DNA of 64,000 nt from Pseudomonadota bacterium (GTDB lineage: Bacteria > Bdellovibrionota > Bdellovibrionia > Bdellovibrionales > Bdellovibrionaceae): contig JBEGVH010000010.1 of assembly GCA_041178425.1 (NCBI GenBank), positions 96,001-160,000 on the forward strand. The letters are read 5' to 3'. The notes below the pieces were generated by a model. That model searched no databases and was not told the origin of the DNA. It was given only the letters and a program-made list of their open reading frames with translations. Position numbers and translations under genes: made by a program. Of the stretch, positions 30,787 through 41,406 are shown piece by piece (position 1 is the stretch's first letter; each line of letters starts with the position of its first letter).

Positions 30787-31659
30787 TTATAAATAGACGA
30801 TCTGTTTACAAGACAACTCTTCAGGCCTTAAGCCTTTAACCCTGGTAGAAAAAGGAGCTGTATCAGCTTTTGTCTTTCCCACAAAACTCACATACAAATC
30901 CACATCGGGCCAACGATGGGAGAGCTCCTTCAAACCCTGATCAGCTTTCTCGTAGTTTTTATAATCATCATCAATAAATATAAATTCCCCACGAATCTTC
31001 TCTCCTCGAGCCTGTCGCCGAACAACCTCTTTCTGAAGTTTGTCCAACACTCGCTCCATCGCAAGGACCTTTAACTTTTCTGTGGGAAATCCAAGTGCTC
31101 GCTGTTCCGGTGATCCAACTGGAAAAATAAATTCTTCGCGGGGGGTATATCGAAAATAACCCTGATTTGAAAGGTGGTCGACCGCTTGGTGCAATTCGCG
31201 GGCAGAATGCCCCCTGGCTGTAATAATCGAGAACCATTTCGCTTGCTCTGGATCATTCAATGACTCGGTTATGATATCCCATGCGGGCCCCTGCCACTGA
31301 TTCGGATCAGCCTGAGAAATGGTTGTTTGAATAGCTTCTAAAACTATATTGCGTTCGGGCGCATCGCTGAACTCTCTAAATGACTTAGAGTCGTCTGGAA
31401 ATCGCAATTCAAATTGCTCGAACTTTCCAGGCTTTCCCAAGCCCTCTCTTACGTGGGCAAAATCAAGAGTACTGACTCCAAGCTCGTTATCCGTCATTTT
31501 GTTATAGATATAGATCTTTGAACTCGTGTGCATGAAGGTATCGTCAAAGTCGACGGATAATGCCCTCAGTTTTTTAACCCCATCTTGAACTTGAGCATCA
31601 CTTCTTGAAGAATTTAGACTGATTAAAAAAATAAGCGAAAAAAGTACAAAGCCGCGCAT
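30787..31659 (-). CDS. Secreted HAD-superfamily phosphatase-like protein
   Basis: SD GGAGAGG, signal peptide, HAD motifs VDFDDT, ITARGH, K, FIDDD. Confidence 0.7.
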   Translation of the reverse strand: MRGFVLFSLIFLISLNSSRSDAQVQDGVKKLRALSVDFDDTFMHTSSKIYIYNKMTDNELGVSTLDFAHVREGLGKPGKFEQFELRFPDDSKSFREFSDAPERNIVLEAIQTTISQADPNQWQGPAWDIITESLNDPEQAKWFSIITARGHSARELHQAVDHLSNQGYFRYTPREEFIFPVGSPEQRALGFPTEKLKVLAMERVLDKLQKEVVRRQARGEKIRGEFIFIDDDYKNYEKADQGLKELSHRWPDVDLYVSFVGKTKADTAPFSTRVKGLRPEELSCKQIVYL

Positions 31660-31809
31660 GCATACCTCTCCTGCGAAAAGAGAAAGCTGCAAGGCGTGTG
31701 CACACATTAAGACTATTATATGGACCTTGGACAAAATCTCGAGTGAATAACTTTTTGACACCTATAGCGCTCCCCGGGCGGACCCAGGGTGCCATCAAAG
31801 ATAAACTCT

Positions 31810-32853
31810 TTACTCTAGATAACCACGTTTTTGTTGATCTCGCTCGATAGATCTAAATAACGCCCCAAAGTTTCCTTCGCCAAAGGAATAATGGTTCTTA
31901 CGCTGAATGATCTCAATAAATATCGGTCCGATAATGTTTTTGGTGAAAATCTGAAGTAAGTATCCTTCTTCATCACCATCAACCAGAACATTAAAGTCCT
32001 GAATTTCCTTTTTATCTTCAGTGATCTGCGGAAACTTAGTGAAGATTTCTTTGTAGTACTCATCGTCTATATCGAGAGTTTCAATTTTGGATCCTTGGAG
32101 TTTTTTCAAGGAAGACAAAATGTCATTAGTTGAAAACGCAATGTGCTGAACGCCTGGCCCTTTGTATTCTTCGAGATATTCATTGATTTGCGATTTTTTT
32201 TCGGTTCCCTCATTGATAGGAATACAAAAGCTACCACAAGGTGATTTTAATGCGTATGAAGTTAACCCCGTCTTTGCGCCTCTAATATCGAAGTACCGAA
32301 CTTCAGTGAAACCAAATACGTTTTTGTAAAAATTCGACCAGTGCTCCATAGTGCCCTGGTATACGTTGTTGGTTAAATGATCGATATTTAAAAATCCTTT
32401 TTCTTCATTCATCACTACTGATTCATGGGGTACAAAACCAAGCTTTGAATAAAGACCCGGACTGCTCCATTGATCAATAAAATAAATAAGGCTATCACCA
32501 ATTCCAAATATCGCGGGAATTGACTGACCCTTCTCATCAACGAGGTCTCCTTTGGGACAAGGCTTTGCTCCCCGCTCCACAGCAATCTTAAGTGCCTTTT
32601 GAGCATCTTCTACCCGCCACCCCATCGAACAAACGCTCGGCCCATGAGACTGCGTAAATTGGGCCGCAAAGGATGAGGCCGCCTTGTTGAGAAAGAAATG
32701 AATGTCGTTTTGCTTATAAAAATCAATATTCAATGATTTATGTCGATGTGTTCTTGAGAATCCAAATTCACAAAATAACTGATGAAGTTGTTCCGGCTTT
32801 GGAGATGCAAATTCGGTGAATTCTATTCCTTGTAGCCCTACTGGATTGTTCAT
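31810..32853 (-). CDS. hppD: 4-hydroxyphenylpyruvate dioxygenase
   Basis: IDHLTNNV, SQINEYL, GVQHIA, LLQIFT, EIIQRK, FGEGNFGALF. Confidence 0.96.
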   Translation of the reverse strand: MNNPVGLQGIEFTEFASPKPEQLHQLFCEFGFSRTHRHKSLNIDFYKQNDIHFFLNKAASSFAAQFTQSHGPSVCSMGWRVEDAQKALKIAVERGAKPCPKGDLVDEKGQSIPAIFGIGDSLIYFIDQWSSPGLYSKLGFVPHESVVMNEEKGFLNIDHLTNNVYQGTMEHWSNFYKNVFGFTEVRYFDIRGAKTGLTSYALKSPCGSFCIPINEGTEKKSQINEYLEEYKGPGVQHIAFSTNDILSSLKKLQGSKIETLDIDDEYYKEIFTKFPQITEDKKEIQDFNVLVDGDEEGYLLQIFTKNIIGPIFIEIIQRKNHYSFGEGNFGALFRSIERDQQKRGYLE

Positions 32854-32874
32854 AAATGTCCCCCCATTAAAACT

Positions 32875-32899
32875 GAACGGAACCTTTTGGGTTCCGTTC
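32875..32899 (-). terminator. 10-bp hairpin between murD and hppD (terminator or stabiliser)
   Basis: GAACGGAACC/GGTTCCGTTC perfect stem with 5-nt loop; only a short U-tract on the minus strand. Confidence 0.5.
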
Positions 32900-32910
32900 T
32901 TCGAATTGGA

Positions 32911-34299
32911 TTATTTGAATTTATTTATAATTTCTCTAAAGTAATCGCCGCGCTCTTCGAAGTTGTCAAACATGTCGGTACTTGGGCAACCTGGCGAGAG
33001 CAATACAACGTCGTTGATTCGAGACTTTTGGTAGGCAATGAGTACCGCTTCTTCAAAGGTACCTATAAGGAAGGTTTCGCTGAAGTCGCCAATATCCCTA
33101 TTGACTCTTTCTTTTGATTCACCGACGAGAATAAGACTTTTCACTTTTCTCTTCACTGGCCCTTTGAGCGCCTCAAAGCTAAGATTTGAGTCTTTACCAC
33201 CCATTATCAAAATCACATTTTCGTTGAAGGAATCTAGAGCTCTCAAAACGGCATGAACGTTCGTTGCTTTGGAGTCATTGTAAAAGCGAACGCCTCCCAC
33301 CTTACGAACATACTCCAGTCGGTGAGGCAATCCACCGAAGCTATCCATGACTCTTTGAATAGCGTCGTGGTTAGCTCCATGCTCTCTGGCCACCAGAATA
33401 GCCGCCATCATATTTTCGATGGAATGCTTTCCAAGCATTTTAATGTTTTTAGAATTGTAATACTCAATCTCGGGCCCGGTACGAACTCTAATTTCATCAC
33501 CAACATTCACTGCACCACCAATGTTCATGATTTGAGGCTCGAGTGAAGTTTTTCTAGAAAAATAAAAAATTCGACCCTTCTGAACAATTGGATCACGAGC
33601 CAACTCAACGACAGCATTATCATCGGCATTTAGAATACTGGTTGTTGCCTGGTTGGTGTTGCGGAACACTTTTCTCTTAGCGTTCACATAGTCTTCCATG
33701 CTCTTGTAACGATCGAGATGATTCTCCGCCAAATTAGTAAAAACAATGTTGGATGGACCAAAATTTTCAACTTTTTCAAGCATGTAACTTGACACTTCGG
33801 CAATTACTACCTTTGCTTTAATGCCAGAGCGAAGATATTCGGTGAGAGGCAGGAAGTTGTTTCCCCCAACCCATACTTCGATGCCGGATTCCTTCAAAAA
33901 GCCATCGATCAAACGAGCGACAGATGTTTTACCATTGGTCCCAGTCACGGCCACGATTGGCTCTTTAATGAACTGGCTGACAAATTCTAACTCGTTCGTG
34001 ATTTTAATACCGTGAGCCGTTGCATAATCAAAGATCTTTAAGTTCGATGGAACTCCCGGACTTAAAACGACAAGGTCTTGAGCTAGAAAAGTCTTTGGAC
34101 TGTGGCCACCGAGATCGAGCTTAACACCCAATCCTTCAACCTGCTCAACCGTTCCGGCCAACTCGGGCTTACTCTTATGATCGCTGATAGTTACTTGCGC
34201 GCCATTTTCAACCAAAAATTTCGTTAATGAAACGCCCGTTTTCCCAAGGCCGACGACTAGGACTCGCTTGTCCTTTAGTTCCGAAAGCTCTTTAAACAT
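32911..34299 (-). CDS. murD: UDP-MurNAc-L-Ala--D-glutamate ligase
   Basis: GLGKTG, VTGTNGKTS, EVSS, HLDRY, HRLE, YNDSKATN, LSPGC. Confidence 0.96.
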   Translation of the reverse strand: MFKELSELKDKRVLVVGLGKTGVSLTKFLVENGAQVTISDHKSKPELAGTVEQVEGLGVKLDLGGHSPKTFLAQDLVVLSPGVPSNLKIFDYATAHGIKITNELEFVSQFIKEPIVAVTGTNGKTSVARLIDGFLKESGIEVWVGGNNFLPLTEYLRSGIKAKVVIAEVSSYMLEKVENFGPSNIVFTNLAENHLDRYKSMEDYVNAKRKVFRNTNQATTSILNADDNAVVELARDPIVQKGRIFYFSRKTSLEPQIMNIGGAVNVGDEIRVRTGPEIEYYNSKNIKMLGKHSIENMMAAILVAREHGANHDAIQRVMDSFGGLPHRLEYVRKVGGVRFYNDSKATNVHAVLRALDSFNENVILIMGGKDSNLSFEALKGPVKRKVKSLILVGESKERVNRDIGDFSETFLIGTFEEAVLIAYQKSRINDVVLLSPGCPSTDMFDNFEERGDYFREIINKFK

Positions 34300-34332
34300 T
34301 TTAGCCCCCTAATTTAGGTATTTAATAAAATC

Positions 34333-35409
34333 TTATCTTAACTTTAAAGTCGCCAAACTCAGTACTGCTAACAAAATAGAAATGATCCAGAAGCGTACAA
34401 TGATTTTAGTCTCATCGAGTCCCTTTAATTCAAAATGGTGATGAATGGGAGCCATTTTGAAAATTCTCTTACCTGTCGTTTTAAAAGAAATAACTTGGGT
34501 AATAACAGAGAGGGCTTCAACAACAAACACGCCACCCAAAATCAGCATTAAGATTTCATTTTGAGTTATGACGGCCATAATTCCCAAAAACCCACCCAAA
34601 CTTAAGCTGCCCACGTCGCCCATGAAGACTTGCGCCGGATAAGTGTTAAACCAAAGAAAACCAAGACCCGCAGCCACAATTGTAGCCGCCACAGGAGTTA
34701 GCTCCCCAGCGCCGGCAACAAAGGGAATCTGAAGATACTGAGCGATCTGAATATGTCCAGAAACATATGCAAACAATGCGAGGGTGGCAGCGCAAATAAT
34801 AACGGGAACAATCGCCAAACCATCTAAACCATCGGTCAAGTTGACGGCATTTGCTGTTCCAACAATGACCAAAGAAGCAAAAACGACATAGGCTGGCCCC
34901 AGATCAAAAACAAAATCTTTGAAGAAAGGCACTCTCAGTGTTGTCGCTAAATTTGAGTGATAAATCAAAAAAGCGACGACCGCCCCCGAAATTAAAAATT
35001 CGCCGACCAAGCGGATTTTTCCTGATAGTCCCTTGGTATTCTTTTTACTCACCTTCAGATAATCATCAATGTAACCGATGGCACCGAACCCCCAAGTAAC
35101 TAATAAGGTTCCCCAGACAAAGGGATCCATAACATTGGCCCACAACAAACAAGGAACAAGAGTACTCATGAGGATGAGTCCGCCCCCCATCGTTGGGGTG
35201 CCCTGTTTTTTCTTGTGGCTTTGTGGCCCATCATCCCTAATTTGCTGCTTCAGTTGATTGCCGGTAAGACGTCGAATGAAGTGAGGCCCCCAAATCCAGC
35301 ATAAAATGAAGGCGGTAAAAAATGAGATGAATGTTCGGAAAGTTATGTAACGAAAAATATTTAAAGGGGAAAACTCACTCGCGTGGGAATAAAGCCATTG
35401 GTAAAGCAT
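34333..35409 (-). CDS. mraY: Phospho-MurNAc-pentapeptide translocase
   Basis: [38 protein letters not shown]. Confidence 0.97.
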   Translation of the reverse strand: MLYQWLYSHASEFSPLNIFRYITFRTFISFFTAFILCWIWGPHFIRRLTGNQLKQQIRDDGPQSHKKKQGTPTMGGGLILMSTLVPCLLWANVMDPFVWGTLLVTWGFGAIGYIDDYLKVSKKNTKGLSGKIRLVGEFLISGAVVAFLIYHSNLATTLRVPFFKDFVFDLGPAYVVFASLVIVGTANAVNLTDGLDGLAIVPVIICAATLALFAYVSGHIQIAQYLQIPFVAGAGELTPVAATIVAAGLGFLWFNTYPAQVFMGDVGSLSLGGFLGIMAVITQNEILMLILGGVFVVEALSVITQVISFKTTGKRIFKMAPIHHHFELKGLDETKIIVRFWIISILLAVLSLATLKLR

Positions 35410-35582
35410 TTTATTTCGTCTTTCGCTATGTCGTTCGAAGTTTTAAGTTTGTGTTCCACGATTTCTTATGGAAATATCACAGGTTATAATAAAATGTCTA
35501 GCTTAAACTTATAAGCTATTGAATTTGTTGATTTTTTAGATTAAATGATGGCCATCGAAATACTCACCGCGGAGCTCATTGT

Positions 35583-38459
35583 ATGAAAAAACTTTCGTTC
35601 CTTCTTTTAGCCTCACCACTTCTCACCGCCTTCTTCTGGCAAACAAGCCCTGGAGGCGACAAAAGCGATGGCCAAAAAGTTGTTCCAAATGCACTGATTT
35701 CACAAGCTCGCCAATTGACTTTTGAGGGCACTCGCTCTGGAGAGGGCTATTTTAACAAAGATGGCACAGAGCTCATTTTTCAGAGCGAACGCTATAAGAA
35801 CAACCCCTTTTACCAGATTTATAAAATGAATCTTAAGACGGGAAAAACTGACTTGATTTCGACGGGTAAAGGCCAAACAACGTGCGCCTGGATTCACCCC
35901 AGCGGAAAAAAGGTTCTTTTTAGCTCCACTCATCTTGACCCAAAATTTGATGACAAAGTGAAGGCTGAGTTTGCTCTCCGAAAACAACCAACCCAAAAAT
36001 ACTCTTGGAGTTTTGACGAAAATTACGACATCTTCGAAAAGGACCTCGGGTCAGGTCAACTCAAAAAAATAACCACAGCCAAAGGTTACGATGCAGAAGG
36101 AGCTTACTCTCCTGATGGCCAATGGATTGTTTTTGCCTCGAATCGCGCCGGCTACAAAAAAGGCGAACTCTCCGAAGACAGTAAAAAGAGATTCGAAGCA
36201 GATCCATCTTATTTGATGGATATTTATATTATGAAGTCAGATGGGTCGAATCTAAAACAACTAACAAACCACCTTGGTTACGATGGAGGCCCCTTCTTTA
36301 GTCACGATGGCAAGAAGATCACTTGGCGTCGCTTCACCCCAGACGGTAGAAGCGCAGAAATTTACTCCATGAACATAGATGGCAGTGATCAGAAAGCCCT
36401 GACACGCATGAACGTAATGTCTTGGGCTCCGTTTTTTCACCCCTCTGGACAATATGTGATTTTCACAACCAATCTTCTCGGTTTCCAAAACTTCGAGTTG
36501 TACATCGTTGATGCCGAAGGAAAGCAAGAACCCGTGAGAGTCACCTATGAGGAGGGATTCGACGGACTTCCTGTTTTTTCACCCGATGGAAGATCATTGG
36601 CATGGACGAAACGAAACAACAAAGGAGAGTCGCAAATTTACATGGCTAATTGGGATCATGCTGCTGCCATGCGAGCTCTCAATTTAGACCCAGAGCCGCT
36701 TTCTTCTGTTGAACTAAAGCCTGAAATTTCAATCGATGACCTTAAGGTCAACGTTAATTACCTTGCTTCAAAAGCAATGCAAGGTCGCCTCACGGGTAGC
36801 CCACAGGAAAAAGCCTACTCTGATGAAGTGGCAAAACTTTTCAAAAAATGGGGCCTCAAGTCTGCGCCCAACACAAAGAACTTTATAAACAAGTTTGATT
36901 TTCTCTCAAACGTTACGTTAGGAGAAAAAAATGAGCTCACACTCAATAATAGAAAGCTCGAACTCGGCAAAGACTGGAACCCGGTTTCCTTCTCTCAATC
37001 GGGAGACTTTAAGTCAGCACCGGTGGTTTTTGCTGGCTATGGAATGGTAGCCCCCGCCACCGAAAAGTTCGCCGAATACAACTCTTACAAAGGAATCGAT
37101 GTTAGAGGCAAATGGGCACTTGTTTTTAGAGACATTCCTAACGATGTTGCCGGCGAATTTCGCTACCATCTTAACTTTTATTCGCGCATCCAGCATAAGG
37201 TGACAGTCGCCAAAAATCTTGGTGCATTGGGACTGATTGTCGTATCGGGGCCAAGAGTGGCCTATAAACAAAAATTGCCTACTTTTCAATTTGAGGGCTC
37301 ACTCAGTGACTCGAGCCTTCCGGTGGTAAACATCGATGATAAGGTGGCCGAGGAGATCCTCAGCAAATCTGATCGCTCATTAGAAAAACTACAAAAAGCA
37401 CTCGATGACGGTAGCTTCCAAGAAGGCTTTGACCTAGAGAATTCGACACTTTCTGCTATTGTTGACCTCCACCCAGTGAGAAGCGTGGGTCACAATGTGA
37501 TTGCTATGCTTTCTGTGCCTGGCGCAAAACAGACCGTAGTTGTTGGCGGCCACGGCGATCATTTAGGTCTGGGTATAGCTGGCGTTTCCCTCGCTACCAG
37601 TGCAATGACCGATAAAATTCATTATGGCGCGGATGACAATGCAAGTGGTGTTTCGGCAGTTTTGGAATTAGCCCATTACTTTGCTCGTAACCCGCAAGGT
37701 TTAAAAACAAATTTGGTTTTTGCCGTTTGGTCAGGAGAGGAATTAGGAAACCTAGGCTCTAAAAATTATTTGCAAGGGCTCAAAAAAATTAAGTCTAATA
37801 ATCCCAAAATTAAGGCCTACCTGAATCTCGATATGGTGGGAAGACTTAAAGACTCTCTCTACGTGCAGGGGCTGGGTTCTAGTACGGAGTGGAGAAAAAC
37901 AATTGAAGCTCTTGGGCGACAGCACCGAATAAGCATAGTCGCGCAAGACGACCCCTATCTTCCTACCGATGCCATGAGTTTTTATGTTGAAGAAAAGGTT
38001 CCGGTGTTGAGCTTATTTACAGGTTCCCACCTTGAGTATCACACACCGCTCGATACGGTAGATAAAATTAATTTCGAGGGCCTTCACCTCATTACGGGCT
38101 TAGCAAAAGATGCGGTGATGCAAGCCTCTACAAAAAATATCGCCTACCGTGCAGTGGAGAGCAATCACAACACTATGCCTGGAAGAAAGTTTAGAGTCTA
38201 TTTGGGGACGATTCCCGACTATTCACAAGAGGGAGTTAAAGGAGTTCGTATTTCGGGAACTTCAGAGAAGAGTCCTGCTGAAAAGGCTGGCCTCAAGGCC
38301 CAAGACATTATTGTTGAATTAGCTGGCCAAAAAATTGAAAATCTTTATGACTTTACCTACGCTCTTCAGATGGTTAAACCAGGGGCTGAGGTGCGCATCA
38401 AGGTGATGCGCAATCAAAATGCTGTAGATCTAAAAATTACTCCAGCAATAAAAGAATAA
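35583..38459 (+). CDS. Secreted M28 peptidase with TolB-like PD40 propeller, PA and PDZ domains
   Basis: Repeated (F/Y)SPDG blades, GHGDHLG, GADDNASG, WSGEELG, NLDMVG, YHTP, C-terminal PDZ (SPAEKAGL). Confidence 0.9.
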   Translation: MKKLSFLLLASPLLTAFFWQTSPGGDKSDGQKVVPNALISQARQLTFEGTRSGEGYFNKDGTELIFQSERYKNNPFYQIYKMNLKTGKTDLISTGKGQTTCAWIHPSGKKVLFSSTHLDPKFDDKVKAEFALRKQPTQKYSWSFDENYDIFEKDLGSGQLKKITTAKGYDAEGAYSPDGQWIVFASNRAGYKKGELSEDSKKRFEADPSYLMDIYIMKSDGSNLKQLTNHLGYDGGPFFSHDGKKITWRRFTPDGRSAEIYSMNIDGSDQKALTRMNVMSWAPFFHPSGQYVIFTTNLLGFQNFELYIVDAEGKQEPVRVTYEEGFDGLPVFSPDGRSLAWTKRNNKGESQIYMANWDHAAAMRALNLDPEPLSSVELKPEISIDDLKVNVNYLASKAMQGRLTGSPQEKAYSDEVAKLFKKWGLKSAPNTKNFINKFDFLSNVTLGEKNELTLNNRKLELGKDWNPVSFSQSGDFKSAPVVFAGYGMVAPATEKFAEYNSYKGIDVRGKWALVFRDIPNDVAGEFRYHLNFYSRIQHKVTVAKNLGALGLIVVSGPRVAYKQKLPTFQFEGSLSDSSLPVVNIDDKVAEEILSKSDRSLEKLQKALDDGSFQEGFDLENSTLSAIVDLHPVRSVGHNVIAMLSVPGAKQTVVVGGHGDHLGLGIAGVSLATSAMTDKIHYGADDNASGVSAVLELAHYFARNPQGLKTNLVFAVWSGEELGNLGSKNYLQGLKKIKSNNPKIKAYLNLDMVGRLKDSLYVQGLGSSTEWRKTIEALGRQHRISIVAQDDPYLPTDAMSFYVEEKVPVLSLFTGSHLEYHTPLDTVDKINFEGLHLITGLAKDAVMQASTKNIAYRAVESNHNTMPGRKFRVYLGTIPDYSQEGVKGVRISGTSEKSPAEKAGLKAQDIIVELAGQKIENLYDFTYALQMVKPGAEVRIKVMRNQNAVDLKITPAIKE

Positions 38460-38512
38460 CCTGATTCAAATACAATTATAATTTTGTGGCCAAGGACGGC
38501 CCTTCTATAAAA

Positions 38513-39496
38513 TCAATTGAGAAGCAGGGCTGATGTAAAAGTTTGGCCTGGCTTGATCGCAACCCCATCAGAAACTACAACCTCTTTTAAAAGACAATCT
38601 CGCGAAATCATAGCTAGAGGACCGGCAACGAGCCAGCCCTCAATCTGAGCTTCATTAGAGATCTGAGCCGATTGGTGCTTCAAAACAAGTGTTTTTCCAC
38701 GGGTCTCAAAATCCATCAAAAGCGATAACTCTCGATTCATTTGCAATAAAAAAGGATTTTGATCTCTGAATAGGCCGAGAACCGATTCGGTCGCCTTTAG
38801 ATAGTCTTCGAGGTTTCCGGTTTCAAACCAATCACACTCTATCTCAAAAATTCCTATGTCCTCACCCTCAGCGATGGCGGATTTTAACGTGTCATGAAGA
38901 ATATTAGATGGCTCCGTATCGATGCGATCGAAAATTCTATCATGAAAGTACATGGGACCTATAAAATGATAGGGGGTGAGATCTTCGTTTGTTTCTGGTC
39001 GAACCTTACCAAACCCAAAAACCTTGCCTACTTTATTGGCCCAAACAGCACCAAACTTTCTGCCGGCTTCTGGATGCCTCATCACCATTAGAGTTGAAAG
39101 ACGAGAACTCTCCTTGGCGACCATATAAAACTGTTTCATGATATCGGCTTTTTGAGGAATGATGACTTCATCGGCATTGAGCGCAATAAAACCTCCTCGA
39201 CCACATAAATCGTTTTTTGCTTTCGCCATCCCGCCGGCACTGCCCAGGAGTCGATCTTTTTCGTCAGAAAATTTTACCTCAACACCAAAGGACCTAAGCT
39301 TATTTCCAACATCATGAATTTTATCGGGAAGATGATAGGTGTTTACAACAACACGGTCAGGAGCAAGACACTTCGCTAAATAAAAAGAGTAATATATTAG
39401 CGGGGCCCCACAAAAGGGAATGGCAGGCTTCGGTAAAATCTCAGTGTGCGGACGGAAGCGAGTTCCCTCTCCAGCCGCCAACAAAAAGAGATTCAT
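38513..39496 (-). CDS. murU: MurU-like nucleotidyltransferase
   Basis: LLAAGEGTRFRPHT..LPKP; coupled to the amgK-like gene. Confidence 0.75.
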   Translation of the reverse strand: MNLFLLAAGEGTRFRPHTEILPKPAIPFCGAPLIYYSFYLAKCLAPDRVVVNTYHLPDKIHDVGNKLRSFGVEVKFSDEKDRLLGSAGGMAKAKNDLCGRGGFIALNADEVIIPQKADIMKQFYMVAKESSRLSTLMVMRHPEAGRKFGAVWANKVGKVFGFGKVRPETNEDLTPYHFIGPMYFHDRIFDRIDTEPSNILHDTLKSAIAEGEDIGIFEIECDWFETGNLEDYLKATESVLGLFRDQNPFLLQMNRELSLLMDFETRGKTLVLKHQSAQISNEAQIEGWLVAGPLAMISRDCLLKEVVVSDGVAIKPGQTFTSALLLN

Positions 39497-40506
39497 GTTT
39501 TCTCCTCAGTCCAATCATAGGCGCCCGAATTCGAAAGCGCCTTAGCGAGGTTAGGAAATTCATTGGTCAATTCCATTCCCTTTTTTACCCTCTTCATAGT
39601 TCCACTAATGTATTTCAGATAACGTTTGTCTTTGCGAAGCATCCAAAAGCTAGAAAAGCTTCCAACAGCCTTGAGTAGTCTTTGAAGGGACTGAATCTCG
39701 TAGAGAAATTCAAACTCATTGGTGTTCCACTCCTGGTTAAAATCGGCTTTTGCGCGATAAAGATAATACTCTAATAGTTCTTTTTCGAGAGTCTCTGGAA
39801 CTGGCACGTAAGCATCGCGGAGAAGCGAAACAAGATCATACTGAACCAACCCTAATCGAGCATCTTGAAAGTCAATCACTCTAATCTTATTATCTGTCAC
39901 CATGATGTTGCGAGAATGATAATCACGATGCTGAATGTATTTATTTTTTTGCTGAAGCAAAGTTGTAAGCTTAATGAATTCCTGATCGAGCTCGCGCCCC
40001 AAGTCTTTAAACCCCAGCACTCCTTCTAAAAAGTGCTGTTTCATGAAATTTAGCTCCCAGCTCAACTTTTCTACGTCAAACTCGTAATTAAAAGCAATAC
40101 AAGGTGATCGATCCTTGGTGGCCATAAGGTGAATTTTAAGGAGTTCGTCTAAAGACATACGGTAAAAACCCAAAACCCCATATGGGTTTCTGGTTTTATA
40201 AAACTCTTGCTCCAGTGTCACATCACCGAGATCTTCATAAATGATGACCCCATGCTCACCAGAGAACGCAACAACCTCTGGAACAAGTACGTTATGTTTT
40301 TTAAAATGCTTCTGCACGCTGAGTAGTGAGTAGTTTTCTGGATCGTAAGGCTCCCACTCCATCAGAACCCAAGAGTTAGTGCCAGACACAATCCGTGAGT
40401 ATCGACGTGAAGAGGCATCTCCCACCAAGGGAATGACCTGAAATTCACGATTCGCCAGATGGCTGGCGAGCAATTCAGTAATATAGTTTTTGAGCTCTTG
40501 CTTCAT
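39493..40506 (-). CDS. amgK: AmgK-like anomeric MurNAc/GlcNAc kinase (APH fold)
   Basis: GDASSRRYSR, EDLGD, HRDYHSRN, IDFQDA, YDLVSLLRD. Confidence 0.85.
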   Translation of the reverse strand: MKQELKNYITELLASHLANREFQVIPLVGDASSRRYSRIVSGTNSWVLMEWEPYDPENYSLLSVQKHFKKHNVLVPEVVAFSGEHGVIIYEDLGDVTLEQEFYKTRNPYGVLGFYRMSLDELLKIHLMATKDRSPCIAFNYEFDVEKLSWELNFMKQHFLEGVLGFKDLGRELDQEFIKLTTLLQQKNKYIQHRDYHSRNIMVTDNKIRVIDFQDARLGLVQYDLVSLLRDAYVPVPETLEKELLEYYLYRAKADFNQEWNTNEFEFLYEIQSLQRLLKAVGSFSSFWMLRKDKRYLKYISGTMKRVKKGMELTNEFPNLAKALSNSGAYDWTEEKT

Positions 40507-40540
40507 GATCTCCCACCCCCCAGTTTTCAGTTAAACAAAT

Positions 40541-41326
40541 TCACACGAGAATTTGTTCAACCGAACTCGGACGATTTTCGTCTTCCACAAGCATCTCTAA
40601 TACTTCTTTTAAGCGCAAGTAATCCTTTGGTAATTGTTCGGTGAAAATAGAAGTTTCTGAAAAAATAGCTGCGAATTCAGGCGCTACCATTTTTTCCTCG
40701 GCGTAATGAGCTAAAGTTTGAACACTACCTACTATCAAATGAGGCCTAAGTGCGGCCGGCAATTTCCTGAGTGTTAAGAGTTGTTGTTGCTCTTGGGGGG
40801 AGAGCTCAAGGATATCGCGAACATAAATGCAAATGTTTGATAGATCTTCCATATCATCCGTGTTCCAGTGGGCGATCCCAGAATCCGTCCACGGAACAAA
40901 AGACCACGCTCCAATAACCTCATGAATGGTTGATGCAATTTTCTGGCGAATCTCATTGCCGCCACCAACTAGATTAAAAGATCGCTTTGCAGGAAGCTGC
41001 CTTTCTTCTGACTCCATTCTGTTTAGTGATTCGCTGGCGTCTAAAAGAGCCGAACCCACTTTACTAAACATTTTCTGTATGGATTCGCGATCTTCCACCG
41101 GCAGCGAACCACCCTCTTTTACTTTAATAGCTCCCAAGAAGTGCTCGCCGGCTAAAAGCGGCAAAATGAGATCCCCGATGGATGTGACAATATATTCTTT
41201 TCCAAAATCATTAACATTCATCGCAGGCGAAAAAGCGATATATCGGTGGTATCTCTTTTCGATAAGACGGCTAAAGGCACTCCAAACACGATGATTAAAC
41301 TGATCCCGAACTGTCTTCACTCTCAA
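40541..41326 (-). CDS. Hypothetical protein resembling a degenerate sigma54-activator AAA domain
   Basis: By-eye alignment to bEBP AAA segments (see findings); lacks Walker A, GAFTGA and HTH. Confidence 0.55.
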   Translation of the reverse strand: MRVKTVRDQFNHRVWSAFSRLIEKRYHRYIAFSPAMNVNDFGKEYIVTSIGDLILPLLAGEHFLGAIKVKEGGSLPVEDRESIQKMFSKVGSALLDASESLNRMESEERQLPAKRSFNLVGGGNEIRQKIASTIHEVIGAWSFVPWTDSGIAHWNTDDMEDLSNICIYVRDILELSPQEQQQLLTLRKLPAALRPHLIVGSVQTLAHYAEEKMVAPEFAAIFSETSIFTEQLPKDYLRLKEVLEMLVEDENRPSSVEQILV

Positions 41327-41406
41327 CTCCCAAAATACAAATAACGAACAAGGTTAAGGCCTGCTTTTGTGGCAGGCTGGGTCGACTTCTGTTGGTTGGC
41401 GAAGAA

